Below are positions 42,201 to 53,572 of a DNA stretch of 64,000 nt, piece after piece. Each line of letters begins with the position of its first letter. Within the stretch, counting starts at the first letter, position 1. Source of the DNA: an uncultured Candidatus Rokubacteria bacterium (GTDB taxonomy: Bacteria > Methylomirabilota > Methylomirabilia > Rokubacteriales > CSP1-6). Below the pieces are notes generated by a model. That model was not told the origin of the DNA and did not search any database. It worked only from the letters and a program-made list of their open reading frames with translations. The stretch lies in the NCBI GenBank assembly GCA_963747235.1, contig CAVVEU010000015.1, positions 1 to 64,000 of the forward strand. Reading direction: 5' to 3'. Both the position numbers and the translations under genes were made by a program.

Positions 42201-44941
42201 GCCGCCAGGCCGGCAGCGGCGTCATCACCCGGAGCGCGGCCACCGCGCGCCTCATGCTGAGCGAGGCGTCCGCGGTGGCGGTCTTCCGCGAGTTCGCGAT
42301 TCTCGACGAGGGCGCGGCGGCCATCCGCTTCGCCCCCGCCATCTTCGAGCTGGACCGGCCGGCCCTGGCCGCGGTGCTCCGCGGTCTCTTCACCGCGGAT
42401 GCCACCGTGGCCAACTACGGCGAGCAGTCGCGCTACATCTCCTTGGACTCGACGTCGCTCGAGCTGCTGCGCCAGACCCAGCTCCTCCTGCTCGCCTTCG
42501 GCATCAAGGCGCGGCTGTATGAAGACACGCGGCTGGCCGAGGCGACGGCGGCGCGGCCCCACCCGACGCACTCGCTGCGCATCAGCCGCGCGTCCTGCCC
42601 GCTCTTCGAGCAGGCGATCGGCTTCCACGCGGAGAGCCCGAAGGCGCAGGCCCTGGCCCGCCTCAACGGGAACGAGCCGGTGACCGGCGAGGAGCTGACC
42701 GACGAGGTGCTCGCCATCGAGCCGGCGGGTGAGGCGGACGTGTTCGACCTCACCGAGGAAGTCACCCACCACTTCGTGGCGGGCGGGCTCGTCGTGCACA
42801 ACTGCTCGGAGTACCTCTTCCTCGACGACACCGCGTGCAACCTCGCGTCCATCAACCTGGTGAAGTTCCTGCGCGAGGACGGCAGCTTCGACGTGGACGG
42901 CTTCCGCCACGCCTGCCGCCTGTGGACCTCGGTGCTCGAGATCAGCGTGCTGATGGCGGCCTACCCGAGCCCGGCGATCGCCCAGCGGAGCTGGGACTTC
43001 CGCACCCTGGGCCTGGGCTACGCCAACATGGGCACCGTGCTCATGCGCCGGGGCATCCCCTACGACTCCCCGGAGGCCACCGCCATCTGCGGCGCGATGA
43101 CCGCGATCATGTGCGGCGAGGCCTACGCGACCTCGGCGGAGATGGCGCGGGACCTCGGGCCCTTCCCCGGCTACCAGAAGAACCACGAGCCCATGCTGCG
43201 CGTGATGCGCAACCACCGGCGGGCCGCCTACGGCGTGGCCGCGGTGGAGTACGAGGGCCTCAGCATCACGCCGGCCGGCATCGATCCCGCGCACTGCCCG
43301 GCCCCGCTGCTCCTGGCCGCGCGCGAGACCTGGGACCGGGCGGTCGGGCTCGGCGAGCAGTACGGCTACCGCAACGCCCAGGTCACGGTCCTGGCGCCGA
43401 CCGGCACCATCGGCCTCGTCATGGATTGCGACACCACCGGCATCGAGCCCGACTTCTCGCTCGTGAAGTTCAAGAAGCTCGCGGGCGGCGGCTACTTCAA
43501 GATCATCAACCAGAGCCTGACGCTGGCGCTGGAGACGCTCGGCTACACCCCGGGCGAGATCGACGACATCGTGGCCTACTGCGTCGGCCGCAAGACGCTG
43601 CGGGGCGCGCCGTTCATCAACCACGACACGCTCCGCGCCAAGGGCTTCGACGAGGCGGGGCTGCAGCGGCTGGAAGCCTCGATCGAGACCGCGTTCGACA
43701 TCACCTTCGCCTTCAACGCCTGGACCCTCGGCGAGGGCTACGTGGCCTCGCGGCTCGGCATCAACGAGGCGCAGCTCGCCGAGTGGAACGGCAACCTGCT
43801 CCGCGCGCTGGGCTTCACCCCCGCCGAGATCGAGGCGGCCAACGACTACTGCTGCGGCACCATGACCGTCGAGGGCGCGCCGCTGCTGAAGGCCGCCCAC
43901 CTGCCGGTCTTCGACTGCGCCAACCGCTGCGGCAAGAAGGGCACGCGCTTCATCGCCACCGAGGCGCACATCCGGATGATGGCGGCGGCCCAGCCGTTCA
44001 TCTCCGGCGCCATCAGCAAGACCATCAACATGCCCATGGACGCCACCATCGAGGACGTCAAGTGGGCCTACGACCTCGCCTGGCGCGGCATGCTCAAGGC
44101 GGTGGCCCTCTACCGCGACGGGTCCAAGCTCTCGCAGCCGCTCAACTCCACGACGGACGATGAGGAGGAGCAGGCGGCGGCCGCGGACGTGGAGGCGGTG
44201 GCCGAGAAGATGACCGAGCGGGTGGTCACCCAGTACCTCCGGGAGCGGCATCGCCTGCCCGACCGGCGCTCGGGCTACACCCAGAAGGCGGTGGTGGGCG
44301 GCCACAAGGTCTACCTCCGCACCGGCGAGTACCAGGACGGGACGGTCGGCGAGATCTTCCTCGACATGCACAAGGAAGGGGCGGCCTTCCGCTCCCTGAT
44401 GAACTGCTTCGCGATCGCCATCTCGCTCGGCCTGCAGCACGGCGTGCCGCTCGACGAGTTCGTGGACGCCTTCGTGTTCACCCGGTTCGAGCCAAACGGC
44501 ATGGTGAAGGGCAACGATCGCATCAAGATGTCCACCTCGGTCATCGACTACGTCTTCCGCGAGCTGGCCATCACCTACCTCGGGCGCACCGATCTCTCGC
44601 ACGTGCCCGAGGAGGACCTGCGCGCGGACGCTATCGGCAGCCGGCCGGGCGAGGGCCCGGTGGCCAGCGCCCCGTCCATCCCGCTGGCCACGGAGGTGAC
44701 GGCGCCGGAGCCGCCGCCCGCCCCGCGCCCGGCGCCCGCGCGGGTGACCGCGCGCGCCATCGCTCCCGTGAGTGGGGGCAGCGGCGCGCTGGCCGAGATG
44801 AAGCTGCTCACCGCGTCCGAGATGGCGCGGCTCAAGGGCTACGAAGGCGATCCGTGCGGCGACTGCGGCCAGTTCACCATGGTGCGCAACGGCACCTGCC
44901 TCAAGTGCATCACCTGCGGCACCACGACCGGCTGCTCGTAG
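39257..44941 (+). CDS. nrdJ: Class II (adenosylcobalamin-dependent) ribonucleotide reductase with two inteins
   Basis: [40 protein letters not shown]; C-terminal domain with a Cys-rich zinc ribbon. About 1168 aa after removing both inteins. Confidence 0.95.
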   Translation: MRVARRFTREGQSPYAGIQFDQRVSEIKNPDGSTVFRQDGISVPAGWSAVATDILAQKYFRKSGVPQYAPDGKPLLDREGRPVLGGERDARQVFHRLAGCWMHWGEKYGYFDTPSDARAFYDELCYMLASQVAAPNSPQWFNTGLHYAYGLSGPAQGHHYVDPDTGILTRASSAYERPQPHACQPYHALVSTPEGPMPIGQIVTKNQVGLEVYDGRDEGIGTTRVVAVKENGERAVFRIELRNGVAVEATGDHLVYAIANGVGAWRRVDEVEPGAALRLSTRTDVRRDSYHTEVDEAALVGWLQADGFVGQDGLSTDHSLAVEFTTIDKDELDFIVERVHRVFDGVHYHVRSMETRTPGLDIHRIRLYGEPLRPFVDKYGLLRSSADHAVPAMILRAGRDAQAAYLRALFQAQGTVRLRSYWARQADIALTTISATLAHGVQALLLNMGIYAKLGRGAETRESRRTPYIISIVHAESRARFRDLIGFISDDKREQLDTACSDQFAGKKLPALRDETVVRVECVGVQPVFDIQTESGQYLSNNVIVHNCFIQSVSDDLVNDGGIMDLWTREARIFKYGSGSGTNFSNLRGANEPLSGGGKSSGLMSFLRIGDRAAGAIKSGGTTRRAAKMVILNLDHPDILTFIRWKVVEEQKVAALVSGSRMTKRRLQAVLSAVRTPTGVEADPRQNPALRSAVREARAALVPEGYIQRVLLLAAQGVREIHFPEYDTDWDSEAYYTVSGQNSNNSVRVPNAFFDVLARRGQWELKRRTDGKSAGAVPAEQLWDEIAHAAWACADPGVQYDTTINEWHTCPEDGRINASNPCVTGETLVATAEGWQRIDALVGKTARIIGSDGQPHLVTRIFPTGHKPVFDLRTRLGYRVRITGDHKVLTVGRGDVAVADLTAGNRLMLRGPGFGRRALATELALGVGVAVAEGYLTQSVVQGRAQESLVLTTDAGESPVLAAVAEAVHAGRAALQAVGGLGRQAGSGVITRSAATARLMLSEASAVAVFREFAILDEGAAAIRFAPAIFELDRPALAAVLRGLFTADATVANYGEQSRYISLDSTSLELLRQTQLLLLAFGIKARLYEDTRLAEATAARPHPTHSLRISRASCPLFEQAIGFHAESPKAQALARLNGNEPVTGEELTDEVLAIEPAGEADVFDLTEEVTHHFVAGGLVVHNCSEYLFLDDTACNLASINLVKFLREDGSFDVDGFRHACRLWTSVLEISVLMAAYPSPAIAQRSWDFRTLGLGYANMGTVLMRRGIPYDSPEATAICGAMTAIMCGEAYATSAEMARDLGPFPGYQKNHEPMLRVMRNHRRAAYGVAAVEYEGLSITPAGIDPAHCPAPLLLAARETWDRAVGLGEQYGYRNAQVTVLAPTGTIGLVMDCDTTGIEPDFSLVKFKKLAGGGYFKIINQSLTLALETLGYTPGEIDDIVAYCVGRKTLRGAPFINHDTLRAKGFDEAGLQRLEASIETAFDITFAFNAWTLGEGYVASRLGINEAQLAEWNGNLLRALGFTPAEIEAANDYCCGTMTVEGAPLLKAAHLPVFDCANRCGKKGTRFIATEAHIRMMAAAQPFISGAISKTINMPMDATIEDVKWAYDLAWRGMLKAVALYRDGSKLSQPLNSTTDDEEEQAAAADVEAVAEKMTERVVTQYLRERHRLPDRRSGYTQKAVVGGHKVYLRTGEYQDGTVGEIFLDMHKEGAAFRSLMNCFAIAISLGLQHGVPLDEFVDAFVFTRFEPNGMVKGNDRIKMSTSVIDYVFRELAITYLGRTDLSHVPEEDLRADAIGSRPGEGPVASAPSIPLATEVTAPEPPPAPRPAPARVTARAIAPVSGGSGALAEMKLLTASEMARLKGYEGDPCGDCGQFTMVRNGTCLKCITCGTTTGCS
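39803..40897 (+). mobile_element. Intein 1 (365 aa) with LAGLIDADG-type endonuclease domain
   Basis: Starts CQPYHA, block B TGDH, motifs VGWLQADG and LRALFQAQG, ends VFDIQT...IVHN followed by C. Confidence 0.92.
41720..42802 (+). mobile_element. Intein 2 (361 aa) with LAGLIDADG-type endonuclease domain
   Basis: Starts CVTGETLV, block B TGDHK, motifs VGVAVAEG and LRGLFTADA, ends VFDLT...VVHN followed by C. Confidence 0.92.
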
Positions 44942-44956
44942 GCCTGGCGGCCACCG

Positions 44957-45045
44957 CCCCCTCACCCCACCCTCTCCCCCTCACGGGGGAGAGGGTTCGT
45001 TCTCCTTCTCCCTCTCCCCTCTGGGGAGAGGGCCGGGGTGAGGGG
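44957..45045. repeat. Pair of inverted family-1 REP-like palindromes (BIME-like)
   Basis: ccccctcaccccaccctctccccc/tcac/gggggagaggg ... ccctctcccc/tct/ggggagagggccggggtgagggg. Confidence 0.8.
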
Positions 45046-45068
45046 CTCCGAGATCAGGCGTTCCTCGC

Positions 45069-46694
45069 ATGAGCCACCCGCTGGCCCGAAGCGCGCGCCC
45101 CGCGCGGCATGGTCGCCACGCCGCACCTCCTCGCCACCCAGTCCGGCCTGGCCGCACTGCGGGCGGGCGGCAACGCGCTCGACGCGGCCATCGCGGCGGC
45201 GGCCACCATCGCGGTGGTCTATCCCGCACATGAACGGCCTGGGCGGCGACAACGTGTGGCTCATCTACGACGCGCGCCAGCAGCGGCTGCGCGCCCTCTG
45301 CGCGGTGGGCCGCGCCGCGCGCGCGGCCAGCCATCGACTGGTACGCGGCGCGCGGCATCACGGGCGCCATCCCGTCGCGCGGCGGCCCCGCCGCGCTCAC
45401 CGTGCCCGCGGCGGTGGACGGCTGGTGGCAGGCGCACGAGTACAGCCGCGGGGCGATGGGCTCGCCGGTCGGCTGGAAGGCGCTGCTGGCCGACGCGATC
45501 CTGTACGCGCGCGAGGGCTTCCAGGCCTCCGACGGCCAGCGCATCCCGCCGCCCCGCGAGCCCGATCTGTTCACCGAGCGCGCGCCCGAGGAGATTCGCC
45601 GCGCGCTCTGGCCGCTCTACCACCCGGACGCCCTGCGCCGCGGGCCGCTCGTGCAGCGCGACCTGGCCCGCACGCTGGAGGCGGTGCGCGACGGCGGGGC
45701 CGAGAGCTTCTACCATGGAGACGTCGCCCGGCGTCTCGTGGCGGCGGCCGCCGCGGCGGGTAGCCCGCTCGCGGTCGAGGATCTGGCCGAGCATCGCTCG
45801 GACTGGATGGAGCCGCTGCGCATCGCGTACGCGGAAGGCCAGGTCGCGAGCTTCCCGCCGCCGACCCAGGGCATCTCGGCGCTCGCGATGCTGGGCATGA
45901 CCGAGCGCTTCGACATGAGCGCCCTGCCCGAGGCCGACTACATCCACGTGCTCGTGGAGGCCACCAAGCTCGCCTTCGACGATCGCGACCGGTACCTCAC
46001 CGATCCGGCCCACATGCGCGTGAGCCCCGTCGAGCTGCTGGCGCCGGAGCGCCTCCAGGCCCGCGCCAAGCTGATCTCGCGCGAGCGCGCGCGCCCGCCC
46101 CAGCCCGCCGCGCCCACGGGCGGCGACACCATCGCGCTCGTCACCGCCGACCGGGAAGGCAACGCGGTCTCGCTGATCCAGTCGCTCTACTTCACCTTCG
46201 GCGCGGCGGTGCTCGCCGGCGACACCGGGGTGGTGCTGCAGAACCGCGGCTCGTTCTTCTCCCTCGATCCCGGCCACGTCAACGCGCTCGCCCCGGGCAA
46301 GCGGACGATGCACACGCTGATCCCGTCCATGTATCTCGAGGGCGGGCGGCCCCGCTTCGTCTACGGGACCATGGGCGGCGAGGGCCAGCCGCAGACCCAG
46401 GCCGCCATCCTCACCCGCTGCCTGTTCCGGCGGTTCGGCTTGCAGGCCGCGATCGAGGCTCCGCGCTGGCTCTACGGGCGCACGTGGGGAACCGCGTCAC
46501 GGGCGCTCAGCCTGGAGGGACGCTACTCGCAGGAGCTCGCGGCGGAGCTGGCCGGCCGCGGGCACGAGGTCGCGATCGGCGGGGAGTGGGACGATCTCTT
46601 CGGGCACGCGCACGGCATCTGGGTGGCCCCGGAGGACGGCGGCCTGGTCGGCGGGTCGGACCCGCGGGCGGACGGCGGCGCGCTGGGGTTCTAG
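45069..46694 (+). CDS. ggt: Gamma-glutamyltransferase family protein; indels near 45225 and 45330
   Basis: GGNALDAAIA, GLGGD, GDT nucleophile site, LQNRG, PGKRTMHTL, GTMGGEGQPQ and SDPRADG motifs. Confidence 0.88.
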
Positions 46695-48304
46695 GCGTTA
46701 CCGCCGGCCAGGGCCTTGTAGAGCTCGAGGCCGACCTGCGAGAGATCCGAGCGGGTCTCGATCGGCAGCCCCGCGTTGGTCCAGGCGCCGATGCCGCCCT
46801 TCAGGATCCGCACGTCCTTGAAGCCCATCTTGCGCAGGTCGCGGGCGACCCGGGCGCTGGTGTCCTCGTCCGGGCAGGAGCAGTAGGCGATCACCGGGCG
46901 GGCCGGATCGAGGTCGAGGCCCGCCATGCTGTTGGCCAGATCCTCCGGCACCACCCGCACCGAGCCGGGGATCTTCAGCGGGAGCTGCTCGTAGGCGTCG
47001 GACTTGCGCGCGTCGAGGATGGTCGGCGACTTGCCGGCCTCGATCATCCGCACCACCTCGAAGGGGTGGACGCGGTAGCGGTTCTTGTTCCAGCGATGCA
47101 GCCACTGCCCGCCGAAGCCGCCCGCGCTCACCAGGGTCACGCCGACCGCCACCCAGAACCACGGGAAGGGCTTGGGCGGCGGGTTCTTCAGGTACTCCCG
47201 CGTCTCGGCCAGCTTGCGCCGGACGTCGGGCAGGTTCGGGTGGAGCTTGTCGGCTTCCTCGAAGCGACGCAGGGCGCCGCCGTAGTCCTCCCCGTAGAAG
47301 GCGGTCAGGCCCGCATACCAGACGTCGTTGAACTTGCTGGGCCCGTTGACCTTCACCGGTGTGCCGCGCACGAAGTCGGCCACCGCCGCCGACGGGATCA
47401 CGAAGTTGAAGCCCTGGACGATGGCCCCCTCCGCGCCCGGCGCCAGCGACACGAAGGTGAGCACCCCCACCACCCGGCCCCGGTCGTCCACCGTGGGACC
47501 GCCCGAGTTCCCCCACGCGGCCGAGGCATCGGTCTGGATGAGGGGATTGTTGCTCGCGTCCGCCTGGATCGCGGAGACGGCGCCGTTGGTCACGACGGAG
47601 TCCACCATGGTGGACTTGCTGAGCAGCTCGTGGGTGAGCACCACGCCCGGGAAGCCCAGGATGTGCACCGGGTCGCCGATCTGGACCCCGCGGGAATCGG
47701 CCAGGGGCAGCACCGGGAAGGAGTCCCCGTCGACCTTCAGGAGGGCGAGGTCCTTGGCCGACATCTCGCTGACCGGCGGGCTGTACTTCTTGACCTCGGC
47801 CTTCAGCCGACCCTTGGCGGTGACCACGAAGATCTGGGGCTGGAGGTTGACCTTGGTGGTGGGCAGCACGGTGTCGAGCAGCTTGCGCTTCGCCGCCTCC
47901 TCGCGGTCCGACGCATCCCCCGGCTGCAGCCCCATCTTCTTGAGCATCTGGGGGAGGCAGGCCGTCGTCACCGCCCGCTGGGCCTGCTGGTTCGCCAGCC
48001 AGCGGGGCGGCTCGTGGGCCGGCTGTACCACGTGGCCGTTGGTGATCAGCCAGCCGTCGGCGTCCAGGAACCAGCCGGTTCCGGTCTCCCGGTAGACGGG
48101 CGGGGTGATCTTCTGGGGACCGGAGCCGTATCCGCAGTCCAGCGTGACCTCGGAGGCCACCTCGGCCACCACCAGCACCACCGCCGGCTTGGCGCGCTGC
48201 AGGGCCTCCTGGACCGTGATGGGCTTCTGGGCGGAGGCGGCGGCGGGGAACGAGGCGGCGGCCATGACGACGGCCGCCCCGAACAGCGCTGAACGCAGTA
48301 TCAT
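46691..48304 (-). CDS. Trypsin-like (S1) serine protease + TM helix + rhodanese-domain fusion
   Basis: Signal peptide; triad motifs TNGHVV, DLALL and GNSGGP; TM WFWVAVGVTLV; rhodanese ILDAR, IPGS, YCSCPDE, LKGGIGAW. Confidence 0.85.
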   Translation of the reverse strand: MILRSALFGAAVVMAAASFPAAASAQKPITVQEALQRAKPAVVLVVAEVASEVTLDCGYGSGPQKITPPVYRETGTGWFLDADGWLITNGHVVQPAHEPPRWLANQQAQRAVTTACLPQMLKKMGLQPGDASDREEAAKRKLLDTVLPTTKVNLQPQIFVVTAKGRLKAEVKKYSPPVSEMSAKDLALLKVDGDSFPVLPLADSRGVQIGDPVHILGFPGVVLTHELLSKSTMVDSVVTNGAVSAIQADASNNPLIQTDASAAWGNSGGPTVDDRGRVVGVLTFVSLAPGAEGAIVQGFNFVIPSAAVADFVRGTPVKVNGPSKFNDVWYAGLTAFYGEDYGGALRRFEEADKLHPNLPDVRRKLAETREYLKNPPPKPFPWFWVAVGVTLVSAGGFGGQWLHRWNKNRYRVHPFEVVRMIEAGKSPTILDARKSDAYEQLPLKIPGSVRVVPEDLANSMAGLDLDPARPVIAYCSCPDEDTSARVARDLRKMGFKDVRILKGGIGAWTNAGLPIETRSDLSQVGLELYKALAGGNA

Positions 48305-48343
48305 AGGCCCACTGCGGGCCATTCTAACACCGAGTCAGGAGCC

Positions 48344-48749
48344 ATGAGCCGGCCAATCGGGGAAGTCCCAACCAGAACGTTCCAGCCCGGCGACGTCATC
48401 TTTCGCGAGGGGGACGACGCCAAGAGCGAGGCGTTCATGGTGCACGGGGGCCGCGTGGACATCCGCAAGCATATCGGCGGCGAGGAGCGCCTGCTGAGAA
48501 CGCTCGCCAAGGGTGAGCTGCTCGGACAGATCGCGCTCTTCCGGAATGCCCCGCGCTCGGCCACCGCGATCGCCGCCGACGCGGTCACGCTCATGGTCAT
48601 TCCCGCCAACCGCCTCGATCACCTCGTGCGGGCGAATCCGGCACTCGCCATCGCGATAATCCGCGACCTGGCCGCCAACCTGGTCGCCGCGGAAGACCGG
48701 CTGCGCGAGTTCGAGGACGAAGCAGAGGAAGAAGCAGGAGGAGAAGTAG
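48344..48749 (+). CDS. Stand-alone cyclic nucleotide-binding protein; stop probably hidden by an indel
   Basis: [27 protein letters not shown]; a shifted frame ends KKQEEK* at 48749. Confidence 0.8.
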
Positions 48750-48753
48750 CCGC

Positions 48754-49976
48754 TCAGGCGGCGGCGACGAGACCGAAGGCCTCGGCCGCGACGCCCGCGA
48801 CGTGGCGCCCGATGGCCAGCGACGCGGTGGCGCCCGGAGAGGGCGCGTTCACCACGTGCACGGCGCCCGCCGTCACGCTGATCTTGAAGTCGTCGATCAG
48901 CGAGCCGTCCGGGGCCACCGCCTGCGCGCGCACCCCCGCCCCGCCCCGCTCGAGATCGGACGCCGCAATGTCGGGCACCAGCTTCTGCAGCGACCGCACG
49001 AAGGCCGCCTTGCTCGCCGAGCGGTACATCTCGAAGGCGCCGACGCGCCAGTACTTGCGCGCCATGTGCCAGAAGCCCGCGTAGCCGAGCGTGCCCAGGA
49101 GCTCGCCGGGCCGCACCGTGCCGAGCGTGTAGCCCTCGCGCGCGAAGGCCAGCACCGCGTTCGGCCCCGCCTCCACGTCGCCGTGGATGGTGCGGGTGAA
49201 GTGGACGCCCAGGAACGGGAACTCGGGATCCGGCACCGGGTAGATGAGCCCGCGCACGATCGAGCGGCGCTCCGGGCGCAGCATGTAGTACTCGCCGCGG
49301 AACGGGATGATCCGCACCTCCGGGGTCACGCCCATCAGGGCGGCCACCCGGTCCGAGTGCAGCCCGGCGCAGTTGACGAGGTGCTTCGCCTCCACCGCGC
49401 CCTGCGCGGTCTCGAGCACGAGCGCGCTCCCCTGCCGCCGGATCGCGGTCACGCCGGCGCCGGTGAGGATGCGGACGCCGCGCTGCTGGAGGAGCTCGGC
49501 CATCTTGGCCACCACCTGGATGTAGTCCACGATCCCGGTCTCGGGCACGTGGATCGCGCGCACCGCGCGGCAGTTCGGCTCGTAGGCGCGCACTTCCTCC
49601 GCCGCGAGCATCTTGAGGCCGGTGAGCCCGTTGGCCTGGCCGCGCTCGTAGATGGTCTGCAAGCCGCGGCAGCTCGTTCGCGTCGGTGGCCACGATGATC
49701 TTGCCGCAGCCCTCCCACTTGATGCCGTGGGTGTCGCAGAACTCCTTCATGCGGCGCGCCCCGTCCACGCAGAGCTTCGCCTTGAGCGAGCCGGGCTTGT
49801 AGTAGACGCCGGAGTGGATGACGCCGCTGTTGTGGCCGGTCTGGTGCGAGCCGAGCTGCGGCTCCTTGTCGAGCAGGATGACCCGCAGGCGCGGGTAGCG
49901 CCTCCGTGAGGGCCAGGGCGGTGCCCAGGCCCACGATGCCGCCGCCGATGATCGCCAGGTCCGTGGTCTGCGTCAC
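48754..49976 (-). CDS. lhgO: L-2-hydroxyglutarate oxidase; indels
   Basis: [36 protein letters not shown] and [11 protein letters not shown] motifs. Confidence 0.88.
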
Positions 49977-50005
49977 GGCCGCCAGGATACCATCACCGTC
50001 CGGGG

Positions 50006-50767
50006 TTACTCCAGCGTCAGGGTGATCGGGCAGTGGTCCGAGCCCACCACGTGGGGCAGGATCGTGGCCGCGCGCACGCGGGCGCGCAGCTCGTCCGAGA
50101 CGAAGAAGTAGTCGATGCGCCAGCCGATGTTGCGCGCCCGCGCGCCCGTCTTGAGGTCCCACCACGTGTAGTGGCCGGGCTCGGGGGTGAAGAGCCGGAA
50201 CGTGTCGTGATAGCCGGCCGCGATGAAGCGCGCCACCCACTCGCGCTCGGCGGGCAGGAAGCCCGACGTCCGCTCGTGCTCCTTCGGGCGGGCCAGGTCC
50301 AGCTCGGTGTGCGCGGTGTTGACGTCGCCGCACACCACGACGCCCTTGCCCCGCTTGCGCAGCGACTCGGTGAGCGTGAGGAAGGCCTCGTAGAAGGCGA
50401 GCTTGTGCTGCACCCGCTCGGGCCCCATCCCCCCGTTGGGGAAGTACACGTTGAAGAGATGGAAGTCGGGCAGCTCGGTGTGCACCAGCCGCCCCTCGCA
50501 GTCGAGCACCGGCGAGTCGCAGAGCGTGCTGGCCGCGAGCGGCTCGGGCTTGAGATAGGTCGCCACGCCGCTATAGCCCTTGCGCTCCGCGAAGCTCCAG
50601 TAGCTCCGGTAGCCGAGCGGCGCCCGCATCTCGTCGGTGACCTGCTCGGCCTGCAGCTTGGTCTCCTGCAGGCAGACCACGTCGGCCGCCTCCGCGCCGA
50701 GGATGTCGAGCAGGCCCTTCTTCCAGATGGAGCGGAGCCCGTTGATGTTCCAGGACAGGAGCTTCAA
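50006..50767 (-). CDS. xth: Exodeoxyribonuclease III
   Basis: SWNINGLR, LQETK, GYSGV, YFPNG, GDVN, GWRIDY and SDHCP motifs. Confidence 0.92.
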   Translation of the reverse strand: MKLLSWNINGLRSIWKKGLLDILGAEAADVVCLQETKLQAEQVTDEMRAPLGYRSYWSFAERKGYSGVATYLKPEPLAASTLCDSPVLDCEGRLVHTELPDFHLFNVYFPNGGMGPERVQHKLAFYEAFLTLTESLRKRGKGVVVCGDVNTAHTELDLARPKEHERTSGFLPAEREWVARFIAAGYHDTFRLFTPEPGHYTWWDLKTGARARNIGWRIDYFFVSDELRARVRAATILPHVVGSDHCPITLTLE

Positions 50768-51529
50768 GGCGAGCGGTAGATCCTCCGCGCGATCCTCGGG
50801 GACGTAGCCCAGCACCGCGCGCGCGTGCTCGATGTCGCGGTAGCCCCACTTGTTGTCCGAGGTGATGAAGAACACGTCGAAGCGCAGGCTGTCCGGCGCG
50901 GCCAGCGCGCGCTCGATCGCCTGGGCGATGTCGCGCCGGCTGCACCAGACCGAGAACTCGCGCGGCTTCACCGGCCGGTCCCCTTCGCTCACGTGGCCGA
51001 TGCGCAGGCAGATCATGGACATGGCCGTGGTGTCCGCGAAGTGCCGGGCGAGCGCCTCGCCCCAGACCTTGCTGCAGCCGTAGAGGCCGTTCGGGCGCAT
51101 CGGCGACTCGTGGGTGAGCATGGGCCAGTCGGCGACGTCATCGTAGCGGCCGGCGGCCAGCGCCGCGTAGGGCGCGTCCGTCTCGATGCGGCTCACGGTG
51201 GCGCCGCTGCTCGCGTAGATCACCCGCTTCACGGAGGCCCGGCGCGCGGCCTCGAAGACATTGTAGGTGCCGACCACGTTGTCGCGCAGCACCGCGGCCC
51301 ACCCCGGCGTGCCCTCGACGTTGGCCACGTTGGCGGCCAGGTGCACGACCGCGTCCACGTCGCGGAAGGCGGGCGCGATGGCGTCCAGGTCGCCGATGTC
51401 GGCCTGGTGCGTCTCCACGCCCGCGACCGGGCGGCGGTTGAGCGCCCGCAGGGCCCAGCGCCCCTCGAGGCGGGCGCGCACCGCGGTGCCGATGAGGCCG
51501 CTCATGCCCGTGACCAGGACCCGGCGCAT
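50764..51529 (-). CDS. NAD-dependent epimerase/dehydratase (uronate dehydrogenase-like)
   Basis: VTGMSGLIG, VVHLAA, YASS and YGCSK motifs. Confidence 0.85.
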
Positions 51530-51576
51530 GGCGAGCACCATATCATGTCGCAGGGCGCAGGGAGCCGGGCGCGCGC

Positions 51577-51605
51577 TTGACCGCGCGACGGGCCGCGGCT
51601 ACAGT
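51577..51605 (+). promoter_or_regulatory. sigma70-type promoter
   Basis: TTGACC-17 nt-TACAGT upstream of the SDR gene RBS GGAGG. Confidence 0.55.
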
Positions 51606-51626
51606 CCCGACCGGGAGGACACCGCC

Positions 51627-52400
51627 ATGCTCGATCTGGGTCTCGCCGGGAAGGTCGCCATCGTCACCGGAGGCAGCGAGGGGCTCGGCCGCGCCACCGC
51701 CATGCGCCTGGCCGCGGAGGGCGCGCACGTCGTGATCTGCGCGCGCCGCAAGGACGTGCTGGAGCGCGCCGCCGAGGACGTCCGCCGCCAGACCGGCGTG
51801 CAGGTCCTGGCCCTGCCCGCCGACGTCACCCGCCCCGCCGACGTGGACGCGGTGGTGAGCGCGGCGCTCGGCACCTACGGGGGCGTGGACATCCTGGTCA
51901 ACAACGCGGGCACCTCCTCCGCGGCCAGCTTCGAGAAGGTGGACGATGCCACGTGGGAGGCCGACATCCAGGTCAAGCTCATGGCCGCGATCCGCTTCTG
52001 CCGGCTCGTGATCCCGCAGATGAAGACACGCGGGGGCGGCCGCATCATCAACGTGACCACCGTGGGCGGCAAGGCCCCCGCGGCCCGCGCGTTGCCCACC
52101 AGCGTGACGCGCGCCGCCGGCATCAACCTCACGAAGTCGCTGGCCAACGAGTACGCGCCGGATCGCATCCTGGTGAACACGATCTGCCTGGGCCTCGTGA
52201 AGAGCGCGCAGTGGGAGCGCCGCGCCAAGGGCGGCGATCTGGAAGGCTACTACCGCGAAGCCGCCAAGCGCGTCCCGGTCGGCCGCATGGGCGAAGCCGA
52301 AGAGTTCGCCGACCTCGTCGCCTTCTTCGTCTCAGCCCGCGCCGCCTACATCACCGGCACCGCAATCAACTTCGACGGCGGCATGTCCGCCGCGTTTTAA
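51627..52400 (+). CDS. SDR-family oxidoreductase
   Basis: VTGGSEGLG, LVNNAG and YITG..INFDGG motifs. Confidence 0.9.
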   Translation: MLDLGLAGKVAIVTGGSEGLGRATAMRLAAEGAHVVICARRKDVLERAAEDVRRQTGVQVLALPADVTRPADVDAVVSAALGTYGGVDILVNNAGTSSAASFEKVDDATWEADIQVKLMAAIRFCRLVIPQMKTRGGGRIINVTTVGGKAPAARALPTSVTRAAGINLTKSLANEYAPDRILVNTICLGLVKSAQWERRAKGGDLEGYYREAAKRVPVGRMGEAEEFADLVAFFVSARAAYITGTAINFDGGMSAAF

Positions 52401-52426
52401 CCCGCGTCTCGTTTCAACCCGCTTCT

Positions 52427-52465
52427 AGGCGTTCGAGAAGGGAGATGGCCCCTTATCGGACGCCT
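52427..52465. terminator. Long hairpin between convergent genes (terminator or REP-like)
   Basis: aggcgttcgagaaggg/agatggc/cccttatcggacgcct. Confidence 0.5.
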
Positions 52466-52468
52466 GCC

Positions 52469-53441
52469 TTACCCCTGCTGGATCGCGCTCAGCTTGAAAG
52501 CGCCAGGGCCCACCGGACGGACGAACGTCCAGTACTCTTCGAACTTGACGGGCTCCGTCCGACTCCCCTCGAGCACGCGCGCGCCGCTCTCGTCGGTGGT
52601 GTAGTCGAGCAGGCTCGCCAGGAAGTGCACCGTCACGTAGTCCTGGCCGGTCTCCTGCCAGGCCTCGGTGATGTCGGCGCTGCGCACCGCGATGTTCTCG
52701 AGCCGGTTGATCTTCTGATCCGCCCGCAGGCGGTCGCAGTCGCGCTGGAGCTGCGCCTGCATCTCCGGCGTGAGGTGGGCCGAGACGCTCCGGAGATCGC
52801 GGGCCGTCCACGCGCCCTGGACCTTGAAGAAGACGTCCGACGCGGTCTCCGCGAACGCGCGGGGATCGAAGCTCGCGTCCATCTGGCGGACATGCCCGAG
52901 GCCGCGCTCCAGATCGGACGGGCCGGCCGGGGGCGGCTCCAGCGTGGCGGTGCCGCCTCCCGAGGACGCGGACCCGTAGCGGGCTGACATCCCGGCGTCA
53001 TCGCGAGGGCCCGGCCCGGTGTAGCCGCCGCCCGCCATCGCGTAGCCGGAGGGAACGGCCGCCGCCTGCCGACGCCGCATGTAGGAGATCGCGAACCAGG
53101 CCAGTGCGGCGATGATCAGGATCTCCATCATCCCGATGCCGCTGCCGAAGCCGCCCCCGAAGAGCAGCCCACCCAGCAGGCCGCCCAGCAGGAGGCCACC
53201 CAGCATCCCGCCCATCATGCCGCCCCAGCCCGGACGCGGCTGCGACGGGGACACCGCCGGCGAGGACGGCTGGCTCGGCGAGACGGGGCTGGAGCCCGGC
53301 CGGGCCGGCGAGGAGTAGCTGCGGGAGCCGCGGCTCCCGCTCGAGCTGCCGCCGCCCGGCGCGCGCCCATGCTTCGGTCACGGAGAGCACCGGCATGATC
53401 GCCAGCGCTATCAGAAGGGCCAGAGCCAGGGTCCGCTTCAT
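52469..53441 (-). CDS. Tim44-like domain protein; indel near 53358
   Basis: Signal peptide, Gly-rich membrane segment, FFKVQGAW, FEEYWTFVR...LSAIQQ. Confidence 0.85.
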
Positions 53442-53572
53442 CGCGTGCCTCCCTCAGTAGGGTTGTCGGGGTTGGTGGATGCTACGCGCACAGTATACGC
53501 GGAACTTTCCTCCCGGTGGCCGGTCTAAGCGGGCAACCCATAGCCCCGCTCCGAGCGGGCCCGGAGGAGATC

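Noticed and set aside
38885-44965. Giant antisense ORFs (2026 aa here, 60702..63758, and the first half of 32546..37198)
   Set aside because: Shadow frames of high-GC3 genes with no recognisable motifs.
48750-49084. C-terminal extension of the cNMP-binding protein suggesting a CRP-type HTH
   Set aside because: It is antisense to lhgO and shows no HTH pattern; a shifted frame stops at 48749.
50006-51541. Apparent epimerase-exonuclease III fusion (511 aa)
   Set aside because: Removing one base near 50780 gives EDYRSP* whose TGA overlaps the TTG start of xth, so these are most likely two coupled genes.
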